DNA from: an uncultured Verrucomicrobiae bacterium
GTDB lineage: Bacteria > Verrucomicrobiota > Verrucomicrobiia > Chthoniobacterales > JAATET01
Assembly (NCBI GenBank): GCA_963749035.1
Contig: CAVVKW010000004.1
Location: forward strand, 396,717-460,716
Length of the DNA stretch: 64,000 bases
Direction of reading: 5' to 3'
In this document: piece after piece, positions 50,829 to 60,235 of the stretch
Layout: each line of letters opens with the position of its first letter
How positions within the stretch are numbered: position 1 is the stretch's first letter
Notes under the pieces: model-generated
Told to the model about the DNA's origin: nothing
Databases searched by the model: none
What the model saw: only the letters and a program-made list of their open reading frames with translations
Position numbers and translations under genes: made by a program

Positions 50829-53108
50829 ATGGCAGAGAAATTGAAGAAGATAGCGTTCGTGGGGGATTACCAACCTCGGCAGTGTGGGATCGCGACCTTC
50901 ACGACGGATTTATGCACCGCGCTGTCGTCGCGGTTCCCGGAGACGGAGTGCCTGGTCGTGGCTTTGAACGATCGACCGGAGGGTTACGACTACCCGGAGT
51001 CGGTGAAGTTCGAGATTCAGGAACGAAACCTGGAGGATTATCGGCGAGCGGCAGAGTTCTTGAACTTCAGCAACGTCGACGTGGTGTGCGTGCAGCACGA
51101 GTTCGGGATCTATGGCGGGGTAGCGGGTAGTCATTTGCTGACGCTTCTCAACGAGCTGCGGATGCCGGTGGTGACGACGTTACACACGATCTTGAAGGAT
51201 CCGAATTCGGAGCAGCGGGAAGTTTTGAACCAGATCGTGGAGGCGTCGGCTCAGGTTGTCGTGATGACGGAGAAGGGAAAGGAGCTGCTGCGGGAAGTTT
51301 ACGACGTGCCGGAGGAGAAGATCGCTTTGATCGCGCACGGGATACCGGATTGTCCGCGCGGGGATTCCGAGGATTCGAAGGAGCAATTCGGGCTGGACGG
51401 ACAAACGGTGCTTTTGACCTTCGGGCTGCTCTCTCCCGGCAAGGGGATCGAGCACGTGATCGAGGCGCTGCCGTCGATCATCGAGAACCACGAGGACGTG
51501 ATCTACGTGGTGCTGGGAGCAACGCATCCGAATTTGCGGAAGCGCGAAGGCGAGGCGTATCGGCTGTCGCTCCAGCGGCTGGCGGAGGCGCGGGGGGTGG
51601 CGGAGAACGTGCGCTTTTACGACCAGTTCGTTTCGTTGGACCAACTGCTCGAATTTCTGGGCGCGACGGACATTTACATCACGCCTTATTTGAACGAGGC
51701 GCAGATCACGTCGGGAACCCTGGCTTACGCGTTCGGCTCGGGAAAACCGGTGGTCTCGACACCCTACTGGCACGCGAAGGAACTACTCGCGGACGGTCGC
51801 GGGAGTCTGGTGCCGTTCAGCGATCCGAGCGGGATCGCGGGTGCGGTGAGAACCTATTTGGACGATGACGAGTTGCTGCAGAAGACCCGGGACGCGGCTT
51901 ACGAGCTTGGTCGGGAGATGATCTGGCCGCGGGCGGCGGAGCGTTACCTCGACGTGTTTTCGGCGGCGGGCTCGCCGACGAGTCCGCGGCGGGAGGTGGC
52001 GGTCATCGAGGCGCGGCGGCGATACGCGTTGCCGCCGTTGAACCTCAATCACGTGCACACGATGACGGACAGCACGGGAATCCTGCAGCATGCCATCTAC
52101 ACGGTGCCGCGATACGGCGAGGGACACACGACGGACGACAACTCGCGGGCGTTTATTCTGACCCACTGGTTAGCGGAGACGAGTGGCGAGGAGACGGGGG
52201 AGCTGGCGCGCCACGCGTCGCGATACCTCGCGTTTTTGTGGGAAGCGTTCGACCAGAAGTCGGGGCTCTTTTGGAATTTCATGTCTTACGATCGGCGTTG
52301 GCTCGACCTGCCGGGGACGTCGGACGACGCGGGTGGTCGAGCACTGTGGGCACTGGGAACGGCTCTCGGACGACGCGGGGAGAACGAGGGATTTCGGCAG
52401 TTGGCGCTCGAGCTCTGGAAGCAAGCGCTGCCGAAGAGTGAGGAATTCACTTCTCCGCGGGCCTGGGCGTTTGCTTTGCTGGCGATCCACGAGTATTTGC
52501 GGACATTCTCGGGGGACGCGGTGGCCTACGACCTTCGTCATGAATTCACGGCGAGGCTGGTGGATTTATACGAACGGGTTGCGGACAACGACTGGCAGTG
52601 GTTCGAGACGGAAGCGACCTACGACAACGCGGTGATCTCGCACGCATTGGTCCTGAGTGGGCGGTGGACCAATCACGCTCGGGCATTTGAGATCGGGCTC
52701 GAGTCGCTGCGGTGGCTGGCCAAGGTGCAGACGTCGGAGAGCGGGTGCTTTTCACCGATCGGCTCGAACGGATTTTTCACGCGAGGCGGGCGGAAGGCGC
52801 AATTCGATCAGCAACCGTTGGAAGCGCAGTCGATGATCTCGGCGTGCTTGGAGGCGGAGCGCGTGACGAAAGACGCGTTTTGGCAGGGTGAGGCGAAGCG
52901 GGCGTTCGAATGGTTCCTGGGGCGGAACGACCTGGGGGTGTCGCTCTATGATTCGTCAACGGGGGGGTGCCGAGATGGATTGCACGAGGATCGCGCGAAC
53001 GAGAATCAGGGCGCGGAGTCGACGGTGGCGTTCCATTTGGCTCTGGCCGAAATGCGACAGGCATCGGTCGGAATAGCGCTGTCTGAAGCGGTTGAATTCG
53101 AGCTATAA
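50829..53108 (+). CDS. Glycosyltransferase family 4 fused to a C-terminal ~350-aa helical (alpha/alpha-barrel-like?) domain
   Basis: 759 aa. The N-terminal half is GT4-like (..HEFGIYGG.., ..LLTFGLLSPGKGIE.., ..EAQITSGTLAYAFGSGKPVVSTP..). The C-terminal half is W-rich and helical, of unknown function. Confidence 0.7.
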   Translation: MAEKLKKIAFVGDYQPRQCGIATFTTDLCTALSSRFPETECLVVALNDRPEGYDYPESVKFEIQERNLEDYRRAAEFLNFSNVDVVCVQHEFGIYGGVAGSHLLTLLNELRMPVVTTLHTILKDPNSEQREVLNQIVEASAQVVVMTEKGKELLREVYDVPEEKIALIAHGIPDCPRGDSEDSKEQFGLDGQTVLLTFGLLSPGKGIEHVIEALPSIIENHEDVIYVVLGATHPNLRKREGEAYRLSLQRLAEARGVAENVRFYDQFVSLDQLLEFLGATDIYITPYLNEAQITSGTLAYAFGSGKPVVSTPYWHAKELLADGRGSLVPFSDPSGIAGAVRTYLDDDELLQKTRDAAYELGREMIWPRAAERYLDVFSAAGSPTSPRREVAVIEARRRYALPPLNLNHVHTMTDSTGILQHAIYTVPRYGEGHTTDDNSRAFILTHWLAETSGEETGELARHASRYLAFLWEAFDQKSGLFWNFMSYDRRWLDLPGTSDDAGGRALWALGTALGRRGENEGFRQLALELWKQALPKSEEFTSPRAWAFALLAIHEYLRTFSGDAVAYDLRHEFTARLVDLYERVADNDWQWFETEATYDNAVISHALVLSGRWTNHARAFEIGLESLRWLAKVQTSESGCFSPIGSNGFFTRGGRKAQFDQQPLEAQSMISACLEAERVTKDAFWQGEAKRAFEWFLGRNDLGVSLYDSSTGGCRDGLHEDRANENQGAESTVAFHLALAEMRQASVGIALSEAVEFEL

Positions 53109-53122
53109 AATATACCAATCTG

Positions 53123-54583
53123 ATGAAAAACGGGGAAAAGTCACTGGGGCTCAAACGAACGGGAAATATTCTGCGCCCGCAGAGCAAGCGGGTATTGGTG
53201 CGGCCCTTTTTGGTCACGGATGGTCAGCGAGTGCGGAGCCTGATGGAGCGGCTCGCGACGCTGAGCAACGAAGAGGTGAAGGAGGCTCTCGACGAGGCGC
53301 TTCACGATTTCGCGTCGCGGCACGCGGACATGCCGACCATTTTGCGGCGGCATTACGAGCGGGCGAGGGTTCACCTGGACGGATGGCCGGACATTTCGGA
53401 GGAGCGGCAGATGCTGGCCGGGGCTTACTTTACGAGCGAATACGCGCTGGAGTCTGCGGCGTTGTTCAATCCATCGATCGTGCCGGCACCCAACCAGGAC
53501 GGCGTCGCCGAGGGCGATCTGCGGTTTGTGATAAGTTTGAGAGCGACCGGCGAGGGGCACATTTCGTCGATTGAATTCCGGGAGGGCGTCGTGGATGCCA
53601 AGGGAAAGATCACGATGGAGGAAGCGGGCTCGATGGTGACGGAGCCGGAACGCGTCGACGCGGCGGCTTACGAGCGAGAACTTTTTGCCCGGAAGTTGGC
53701 GGAGATCGGCTTGGAGAGCGACTACAGCTGGTCGGTGTTGAATGCTTTGGAGGAACGGTTCACCATCGCGGAACTACGTCGGGCGTTGGACACGGTGGAC
53801 TCGCGGGGGGGCGGGGTGGATATCGATCGCGTGAAGACGGGTATGGAGATGCTGGCGGAATCGAATTACGAGACGCAGTTTTCGTCCGGTCAGAGGGTCG
53901 AAGAGCGGATCATTTTTCCATCGTCGCCGAGCGAGCGGAACGGGATCGAAGATGCACGATTCGTGGCGTTTCGGAGGGACGATGGGTCGGTGATTTATTA
54001 CGCGACCTACACGGCTTACGACGGGCGGGTCATTTTGCCGCAGTTGATCGAGACCGAGGATTTTCTTTATTTCAAGATCCGGACGTTGAACGGCCCAGCG
54101 GCGCAGAACAAGGGGATGGCGTTGTTCCCGAGGTTGATCGGGGGGCGTTACGCGATGATCTCGCGACAGGACAACGAGAACGTCTTCCTGATGTTTTCGG
54201 ATCATCCCCACTTTTGGAATGACTACGAGCCGCTCTTCCAGCCAAAGCAGGCGTGGGAGCTGGTGCAGATGGGGAACTGCGGGTCGCCGATCGAGACGGA
54301 GGAGGGTTGGCTCGTTTTGACGCACGGGGTGGGTCCAATGCGGAAATACTGTATCGGCGCGATTCTTTTGGACTTGGAAGATCCGCGGAAGGTGATCGGT
54401 CGACTGCCGGAGCCGCTGCTGACGCCGGACGCGAACGAGCGTGAGGGTTACGTCCCCAACGTGGTTTATACCTGCGGCGCGATGGTTCACGCCGGACGGT
54501 TGATCCTGCCTTACGCCATGAGTGACTATGCGACCGGGTTCGCGACGGTTGACCTCGCCAAGCTGCTCGGTCGACTTCGATGA
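53123..54583 (+). CDS. GH130-family (beta-mannoside phosphorylase/glycosidase-like) protein with a ~190-aa N-terminal extension
   Basis: 486 aa. The C-terminal 290 aa has NGIEDARFV.., YATYTAYDG.., NKGMALFP.., GSPIETEEGWLVLTHGV.., YCIGAILLDLEDP.., VPNVVYTCG.. which are typical GH130 blades. Confidence 0.7.
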   Translation: MKNGEKSLGLKRTGNILRPQSKRVLVRPFLVTDGQRVRSLMERLATLSNEEVKEALDEALHDFASRHADMPTILRRHYERARVHLDGWPDISEERQMLAGAYFTSEYALESAALFNPSIVPAPNQDGVAEGDLRFVISLRATGEGHISSIEFREGVVDAKGKITMEEAGSMVTEPERVDAAAYERELFARKLAEIGLESDYSWSVLNALEERFTIAELRRALDTVDSRGGGVDIDRVKTGMEMLAESNYETQFSSGQRVEERIIFPSSPSERNGIEDARFVAFRRDDGSVIYYATYTAYDGRVILPQLIETEDFLYFKIRTLNGPAAQNKGMALFPRLIGGRYAMISRQDNENVFLMFSDHPHFWNDYEPLFQPKQAWELVQMGNCGSPIETEEGWLVLTHGVGPMRKYCIGAILLDLEDPRKVIGRLPEPLLTPDANEREGYVPNVVYTCGAMVHAGRLILPYAMSDYATGFATVDLAKLLGRLR

Positions 54584-55593
54584 CGGGTTTAAGGGTGGCG
54601 ATGTTAGCGCCGATTGCCTGGCGGGTGCCGCCGCGCCGCTACGGTCCGTGGGAGCTGGTGACGTCGTTGTTGACGGAGGGACTCGTGGCGAAGGGCGTGG
54701 AAGTGACGTTGTTCGCGACGGGGGATTCGGTTACGGAGGCACGGCTGGAGTCGGTGGTGCCGCGATCGTATTCGGAAGATCCGGAGTTGGACGCGAAAGT
54801 GGGCGAGTGTCTGCACGTCGCGCATTGCTTCGAGCGGTCGGAGGATTTCGACGTCATTCACAACCAGTTCGATTTTTTGCCGCTGACTTACTCGGAGTTG
54901 GTGTCGACGCCTTTGGTGACGACGATTCACGGGTTTTCTTCGGAGAGGATCGTGCCGGTGTATGAGCGTTACAATGATTCGAACCATTACGTTGCGATCA
55001 GCGAGAGCGATCGACATCCGAAGTTGGATTACGCGGCGACGATCCACCATGGAATTCGGGTCGATGAGTTTCCGTTTGTCGAGTCGCCGGACGATTACCT
55101 GTTGTTTTACGGTCGGATCCATCCCGACAAGGGCGCGGCGGAGGCGATCGAGGTGGCGAAGCACTCGGGCCGGCGGTTGATCATGGCGGGATTGATTCAG
55201 GACATTGCCTATCACGAGGAGCGGGTCGCGCCGCACGTGGACGGAGATCGGGTGGAGTTCTTGGGCGAAGTGGGGCCGGACCGGCGAGGCGAGCTGCTGG
55301 GGCGGGCGAGCGGTTTATTACACCTCATCAATTTCGACGAGCCGTTTGGGTTGAGCGTTGTCGAAGCGATGGCGTGTGGAACGCCGGTGATCGCGATCGA
55401 GCGAGGATCGATGCCGGAATTGATCGCGGATGGGGAAACGGGGTGCCTGGTCCGGTCCGTTGATGAAGCGGTGTCGGCAGTCGGTCGTCTCGAGGACCTG
55501 AATAGGGAGAGGGTCCGGGAGGTGGCGAGAGAGCGTTGGTCCGTGGAGCGAATGGTGGACGACTACCTGCGGGTTTACGCGGAGATCGTCTGA
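54580..55593 (+). CDS. Glycosyltransferase family 4
   Basis: 337 aa. ..FYGRIHPDKGAAEAI.., ..EPFGLSVVEAMACGTPVIA.. (E-x7-E region). ATGA overlap with the GH130 gene. Confidence 0.8.
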   Translation: MTGLRVAMLAPIAWRVPPRRYGPWELVTSLLTEGLVAKGVEVTLFATGDSVTEARLESVVPRSYSEDPELDAKVGECLHVAHCFERSEDFDVIHNQFDFLPLTYSELVSTPLVTTIHGFSSERIVPVYERYNDSNHYVAISESDRHPKLDYAATIHHGIRVDEFPFVESPDDYLLFYGRIHPDKGAAEAIEVAKHSGRRLIMAGLIQDIAYHEERVAPHVDGDRVEFLGEVGPDRRGELLGRASGLLHLINFDEPFGLSVVEAMACGTPVIAIERGSMPELIADGETGCLVRSVDEAVSAVGRLEDLNRERVREVARERWSVERMVDDYLRVYAEIV

Positions 55594-55669
55594 ATTTCGC
55601 GCGAAGACGCGAAGGAGTCGGAGCGGACCGACAGCTGAAGGGGACGCGGAAAATTACGGGGTGGTGACC

Positions 55670-56257
55670 TCACACGCGGGGATTTGCGAGGGTGGGGAGG
55701 ATGCCGCCCTTCACGTAGAGGGTGCCGGAGTCGACCTTGTACTCGTATTCGTAGAGGCCGCGCGGGGGCGGGCCGGCGGCGTAGGAGCCATCCTGGTAGT
55801 AGGCCCCTCCGTGGCAGGGGCAGAGAAACAGCTTCGACTCTTCAAACCAGCGGACGGGGCATCCGAGGTGGGCGCAGTTGATGGCGAAGACTTGGAATTT
55901 CTCGTCGCCGTCAGCTTGGAAACGTCGGACCCAGCAGGGGAGTTGGGCGGTCTCGCCGTCCCAGGTCCGGGAATTGGGATTCTCGTAGGTGGCGAGGCGG
56001 GTGGTGTCCATCGGGAATTTGTCGATGGAACCGAGTGCGATCCATTCGAGCGGCATTTTGCGGACGAAGCTGGAAAAGACGTAGCCGAGGATCGGGATGC
56101 CGATCATGGCGCCGGCGACGACGTTGAGACCGACGCCGATTTTGAGCATGAGCTCGCGGCGAGTCGATTTCTCCGGTGCGACCGGAGCACCTTGGCCGTC
56201 GCAGGCGCAGGGCTGGGTCGGGTCGCTTTCAGGTTTGGGTGGGTCTTCCGGTATCAT
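55670..56257 (-). CDS. Rieske [2Fe-2S] protein (Tat-exported, bc/b6f-type iron-sulfur subunit-like)
   Basis: 195 aa. Tat-like STRRELMLKIG plus TM. Cluster ligands CAHLGCPV .. CPCHGG. Confidence 0.85.
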   Translation of the reverse strand: MIPEDPPKPESDPTQPCACDGQGAPVAPEKSTRRELMLKIGVGLNVVAGAMIGIPILGYVFSSFVRKMPLEWIALGSIDKFPMDTTRLATYENPNSRTWDGETAQLPCWVRRFQADGDEKFQVFAINCAHLGCPVRWFEESKLFLCPCHGGAYYQDGSYAAGPPPRGLYEYEYKVDSGTLYVKGGILPTLANPRV

Positions 56258-57009
56258 TCGGCGGTCGGAGTCTGAGTTGGCACGGGCATCGGTGGGTTGG
56301 AGGGCATCGGGTCCGCCCCTTCCGGTTCGGTGGACGGAGGTCGGTGGGAAGCGATCCAGGCAGTGACGTCGGACACTTCGGTCGGCGTAAGTTGGGGGGC
56401 GGGCATACCGAGGTCGGGTCGGCCGACGACGTTGATGGTTCGGAGGTATTGGTCACTGACGATTCCGAGGTAGGCGGGATCGAGGATGGAGCCCGCCGTT
56501 CCGCCGTGGCCGTCTGGGCCGTGGCAGGAGGCGCAGTGGGTCGAATAGGCGGTGCCGCCCGCCGCAACGTCGCCGAGCGGGGCGGAATACGGAGGATGAT
56601 CGACGGAAACTTTGGTGCCGGTGTCCCAGGCGATGATGCCGGCGACGAGGACCTTGATTTGCTCGGTGGTGAGGGGGCCGCCATTGGAGTCGGCAAAACC
56701 GGGCATGGGCGTGCCGGGGACGCCATTGGCAATGACCTCGTGAAGCTTCGCAACGGGAATGAAGCGGAGATATTCCGGGAAATTCATCGGGATGGAAGCG
56801 GACGTGGTGCTTCCATCGCTGTGGCAAGCGAGGCAATTCTCGCGGTAGAGGTCGGTGAAGTCGGTGAGCGAGGATTCCGGGTGCCACTTATCGCTCGCCT
56901 TCGGAGCGCCGGGCATCCAATCGCAGCCGACGAGAAGAGCGAGGAGGGTGAGCCCGGAACAGGCGAGAACGATTTGGCGATTTTGCCATTTTTTGAGGTT
57001 CGGAGTCAT
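56254..57009 (-). CDS. Dihaem c-type cytochrome lipoprotein
   Basis: Start MTPNLKKWQNRQIVLACSGLTLLALLVGC (lipobox). Two CxxCH motifs (CLACH, CASCH). 4-nt overlaps on both sides. Confidence 0.8.
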   Translation of the reverse strand: MTPNLKKWQNRQIVLACSGLTLLALLVGCDWMPGAPKASDKWHPESSLTDFTDLYRENCLACHSDGSTTSASIPMNFPEYLRFIPVAKLHEVIANGVPGTPMPGFADSNGGPLTTEQIKVLVAGIIAWDTGTKVSVDHPPYSAPLGDVAAGGTAYSTHCASCHGPDGHGGTAGSILDPAYLGIVSDQYLRTINVVGRPDLGMPAPQLTPTEVSDVTAWIASHRPPSTEPEGADPMPSNPPMPVPTQTPTAE

Positions 57010-57842
57010 TTTTTCTCCTCCAGGCGGTGGGCTTCGACGCCGAGGCGTTCCGCCATTGACCAGCTTTGCATCGTGTCGATTTTGCCGGATTTGAAGACGA
57101 CGAATCCAGCGGTCATCCCGAAGGCGACCTGACAGATGACGAACCAGATCCAGTCGATCCGATCGGAGAGTGCGGGATCGATGATACCGAGAACCGGAAA
57201 GAGGAGGCCGGTCCAGATGAGAGGCATGATGATGCCGCCCCAGAACCACTGTTTACGGTCGGGGAGCATGGGAAGAATCGTCGTGTAGAGGAGGCCGATG
57301 AGGATGGAGATCGCGCCGTGGGAGACGATGGCAACGATGAGGCCGATGAGGCTGAAGCTCCGGAGGGTTTCGAGGTCGGCGGCGGCGAGGCTGCTGACGC
57401 CGGCGGCGGCGAGGAGATTGATCGGATACCAAATGCTGCCTTGAGCGACGAGGCCGTAGGCCATGGCCAGGACGGCCATGACAACTCCGCCAACGAGTCC
57501 GCCGAAGGCGCCAGCGGTGTAGGGGTGAACTTCGATCGGGATGTGGGAACGGTGGCCGTGTTTGCCGATCTGGAGGTGGCCAACGGAGCGGCCGGAGGTC
57601 TTGATGGCTTCCGGTCGCTCGCCGGGCGGGCGGATGGGGAAGGGTTCGTGGGCGGCGTGCGGGAGGCAGTCGCGGAACCAGCCAACGGCTCCGAAGAGTC
57701 CGCAGATGAGGCCAACCGCACTGACGAAGAGGCTGGTGACGAGTCCGGCGAAGATGAGGGCGAGTCCAAACGCGGTGATCATCGGCCACGCGGTCGGCGT
57801 GGGCATGTCGATATGGTGCTCGTGGCGGTGCGGATCGTTCAT
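57006..57842 (-). CDS. Hypothetical polytopic membrane protein of the oxidase operon, with a His-rich loop
   Basis: Start MNDPHRHEHHIDMPTPTAWP.., ~7 TM. Loop GHLQIGKHGHRSHIPIEVHPY. No family recognised. Confidence 0.6.
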   Translation of the reverse strand: MNDPHRHEHHIDMPTPTAWPMITAFGLALIFAGLVTSLFVSAVGLICGLFGAVGWFRDCLPHAAHEPFPIRPPGERPEAIKTSGRSVGHLQIGKHGHRSHIPIEVHPYTAGAFGGLVGGVVMAVLAMAYGLVAQGSIWYPINLLAAAGVSSLAAADLETLRSFSLIGLIVAIVSHGAISILIGLLYTTILPMLPDRKQWFWGGIIMPLIWTGLLFPVLGIIDPALSDRIDWIWFVICQVAFGMTAGFVVFKSGKIDTMQSWSMAERLGVEAHRLEEKK

Positions 57843-57846
57843 CGGT

Positions 57847-58479
57847 CTAGAATTTGATGAGCCCGGTGCTGATGACGTAAACGACGAGTAGGACAACGAC
57901 CCAGATCGCGTCGACGAAGTGCCAATACCACGAGATCATCTGGATGCGCTCGAATTGGTCGGAGCGGACGTGGCCCAGGACGCTGAGAATCCAGACGATC
58001 GAGAGCAGGATCAGCCCGACAATGACGTGCGAAGCGTGGAGTCCGACGAGGGCATAAAAGGTCGAGCCGAAGGTGTTCGACTGAATGGTGAGGTTCTCGT
58101 GGACGATGAGGTCATACCATTCGTAGGCGGTGAACCCGATGAAGAAGAGGCCGAGCAGGATGGTGACGCCCCACCAGAGGTGAAAGGTCGGGAGTTTGCC
58201 GCGGTGGAAGGCTTTCTCGGCGACGACGACGGTGACGCTGCTGGCGAACAGGGCGATCGAGGCGAGGAACGGGAAGTGAAGGACGTCCTCGGGGTAGGGG
58301 CCGTTGAGGCTCTTGCCGATGTAGAAGAGGTAGGCGACGACGAAGATCGTGAAGAGCGCGGACTCCGTGAAGATGAGCGAGAGGATGCCGACTTTGCGGT
58401 GGGAGGGAAGCACCCACGGGGTGACGTCAGACGGCTCCGTCGAGTCGTTGATCATTTGCTCGTTCGTCGACTCAATCAT
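57847..58479 (-). CDS. ctaE: Cytochrome c oxidase subunit III
   Basis: Start MIESTNEQ... ..FHLWWGVTILLGLFFIGFTAYEW.., ..FYALVGLHASHVIVG.., ..YWHFVDAIWVVV... Confidence 0.88.
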   Translation of the reverse strand: MIESTNEQMINDSTEPSDVTPWVLPSHRKVGILSLIFTESALFTIFVVAYLFYIGKSLNGPYPEDVLHFPFLASIALFASSVTVVVAEKAFHRGKLPTFHLWWGVTILLGLFFIGFTAYEWYDLIVHENLTIQSNTFGSTFYALVGLHASHVIVGLILLSIVWILSVLGHVRSDQFERIQMISWYWHFVDAIWVVVLLVVYVISTGLIKF

Positions 58480-60172
58480 ACTTCCAATCCGGGTCGTCGG
58501 GGTGTTTGAGGTCCCAGAGGGGGCGGCGTGAGCGGATCTCGGGGAGGTTTTCGAAGTTGTAATCGGCGGGCGGCGAGGTGGTGGTCCACTCGAGCGTCCA
58601 GGCGTCCCACGGATCGTCACCGGCGTGGTGTCCTTTGAAGTAGGACCAGATCAGGTTGAACACGAAGACCGCGATGCCCGCGATTTGGAAAAAGACGCCG
58701 ACGGTCGAGATGAAGTTCCACAATTCCCACCCGCGTCCGGCCTCGTAGGTGAAGATCCGGCGGGGCATGCCGAGGATGCCGGAGACGTGTTGGGGGGCAA
58801 AGGTGACGGTGAAGCCGATAACGAAAAGCCAAAAGTGCCAGTGGCCGAGGCGGACGCTGAGCATCCGGCCGAACGCCTTCGGATACCAGTAGTAGATGCC
58901 GGCGAAGAGGGTGAAGAGGAGGCCGCCGATGAGGACGTAGTGAAAATGCGCGACGACGAAGTAGGAATCGCTGAGCTGCCAGTCGAACGGGGCGACCGCG
59001 AGCATGACACCGGTGAGGCCGGCGATGAGGAATTGAAAAAGAAACGCGATGCAGAACATCATCGGCGGCTCGAGGCGGATCTTTCCTCCATACATGGTGC
59101 CGAGCCAGTTGAAGATTTTGATGCCGGTCGGGACGGCGATGATCATCGTCGAGATCGCGAAAAAGGTGTTGCCGATCGAGGTCATTCCCACGGTGAACAT
59201 GTGGTGCGCCCAGACGCCGAGGGAAATGAATCCGATCATGATCGTGGCGGCGACCATGATGGGGTAGCCAAAGATCGGTTTGCGGGAAAAAACGGGGATG
59301 ACCTCGGAGGCGATCGCGAAGCCGGGGACCATGAGGATGTAAACTTCGGGGTGTCCGAAGATCCAGAAGAAGTGCTGCCAGAGGACGGCATCGCCGCCGG
59401 CCTGGGTGTCGAAGAATTTCGCGTCGAGGTAGCGGTCCAGCGTGAGCATGATCTGGCACGCGGACAGCGACGGCATGGCGATGAGGATGAGGAAGGCGGT
59501 AACGAACCACATCCAGACGAAGAGGGGCATGCGGCCGAGGGTCATGCCTTTGCAACGCATGCAGATGATGGTGACGACGATGTTAAGCGCCGTGGCGATG
59601 CTGCCGATCCCGCTGACCAGGAGGCTGAGGGTCCAGTAGTCGGTCGAGTGGCCGCGCGAGAAGGCTTTGGCGGTGAGGGGGGAGTAGGCGAACCAGCCGA
59701 CGTCGGGCGCGGAACCGGCTCCGTAGAGGCCCTCGGCGCCGAGGTAGCTGAAGTAGAAGAGCGCGCCGCTAAACGCAAACATCCAGAAGCCGAAGGCGTT
59801 CAGACGCGGGAACGCCATGTCGCGGGCTCCGATCATGAGCGGAACGAGGTAGTTCGCGAAGCCGATGATGATGGGCATGCCGACGAAGAACACCATGGCG
59901 GTGCCGTGCATGGTGAAGAGTCGGTTGAAGACGTCGGGCTCGAGAAAATCGTTCTTGGGAAGAGCGAGTTGGATGCGGATCAGGGTCGCCATCAGGCCCG
60001 CGACGACGAAGAAGAAGAGGCCACTGCCGATATACATCAGCCCGAGCTTCTTGTGGTCGACCGTGTAAATCAGCGACTGGAAGATGCCGGTGAGCGTCCC
60101 GGGTTCCTCGCCGGGGCGGGCGGGCGTGATCGGAATCTCGCGAGAGTCGTGGGCTGAGGTCGTGCTGGGCAC
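58472..60172 (-). CDS. ctaD: Cytochrome c oxidase subunit I
   Basis: 566 aa. ..DHKKLGLMY.., ..FWIFGHPEVYIL.., ..WAHHMFTVGM.., ..HFHYVLIGG... Confidence 0.95.
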   Translation of the reverse strand: MPSTTSAHDSREIPITPARPGEEPGTLTGIFQSLIYTVDHKKLGLMYIGSGLFFFVVAGLMATLIRIQLALPKNDFLEPDVFNRLFTMHGTAMVFFVGMPIIIGFANYLVPLMIGARDMAFPRLNAFGFWMFAFSGALFYFSYLGAEGLYGAGSAPDVGWFAYSPLTAKAFSRGHSTDYWTLSLLVSGIGSIATALNIVVTIICMRCKGMTLGRMPLFVWMWFVTAFLILIAMPSLSACQIMLTLDRYLDAKFFDTQAGGDAVLWQHFFWIFGHPEVYILMVPGFAIASEVIPVFSRKPIFGYPIMVAATIMIGFISLGVWAHHMFTVGMTSIGNTFFAISTMIIAVPTGIKIFNWLGTMYGGKIRLEPPMMFCIAFLFQFLIAGLTGVMLAVAPFDWQLSDSYFVVAHFHYVLIGGLLFTLFAGIYYWYPKAFGRMLSVRLGHWHFWLFVIGFTVTFAPQHVSGILGMPRRIFTYEAGRGWELWNFISTVGVFFQIAGIAVFVFNLIWSYFKGHHAGDDPWDAWTLEWTTTSPPADYNFENLPEIRSRRPLWDLKHPDDPDWKYD

Positions 60173-60174
60173 TC

Positions 60175-60202
60175 TAGTTGAGAGGTGGGAGTTGAGAGTT
60201 GA
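60175..60202. repeat. Heptamer-periodic tract between ctaC and ctaD
   Basis: agttgag aggtggg agttgag agttgag. Confidence 0.8.
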
Positions 60203-60235
60203 GGGAGCGGGCGGCTCGCTGGCGCTTTGACGGGA

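Noticed and set aside
57006-57842. Calling the 278-aa membrane protein cytochrome b or oxidase subunit IV.
   Set aside because: It lacks the paired His ligands in two transmembrane helices that define cytochrome b, and it is far larger than the usual CtaF/subunit IV. It is left as hypothetical.
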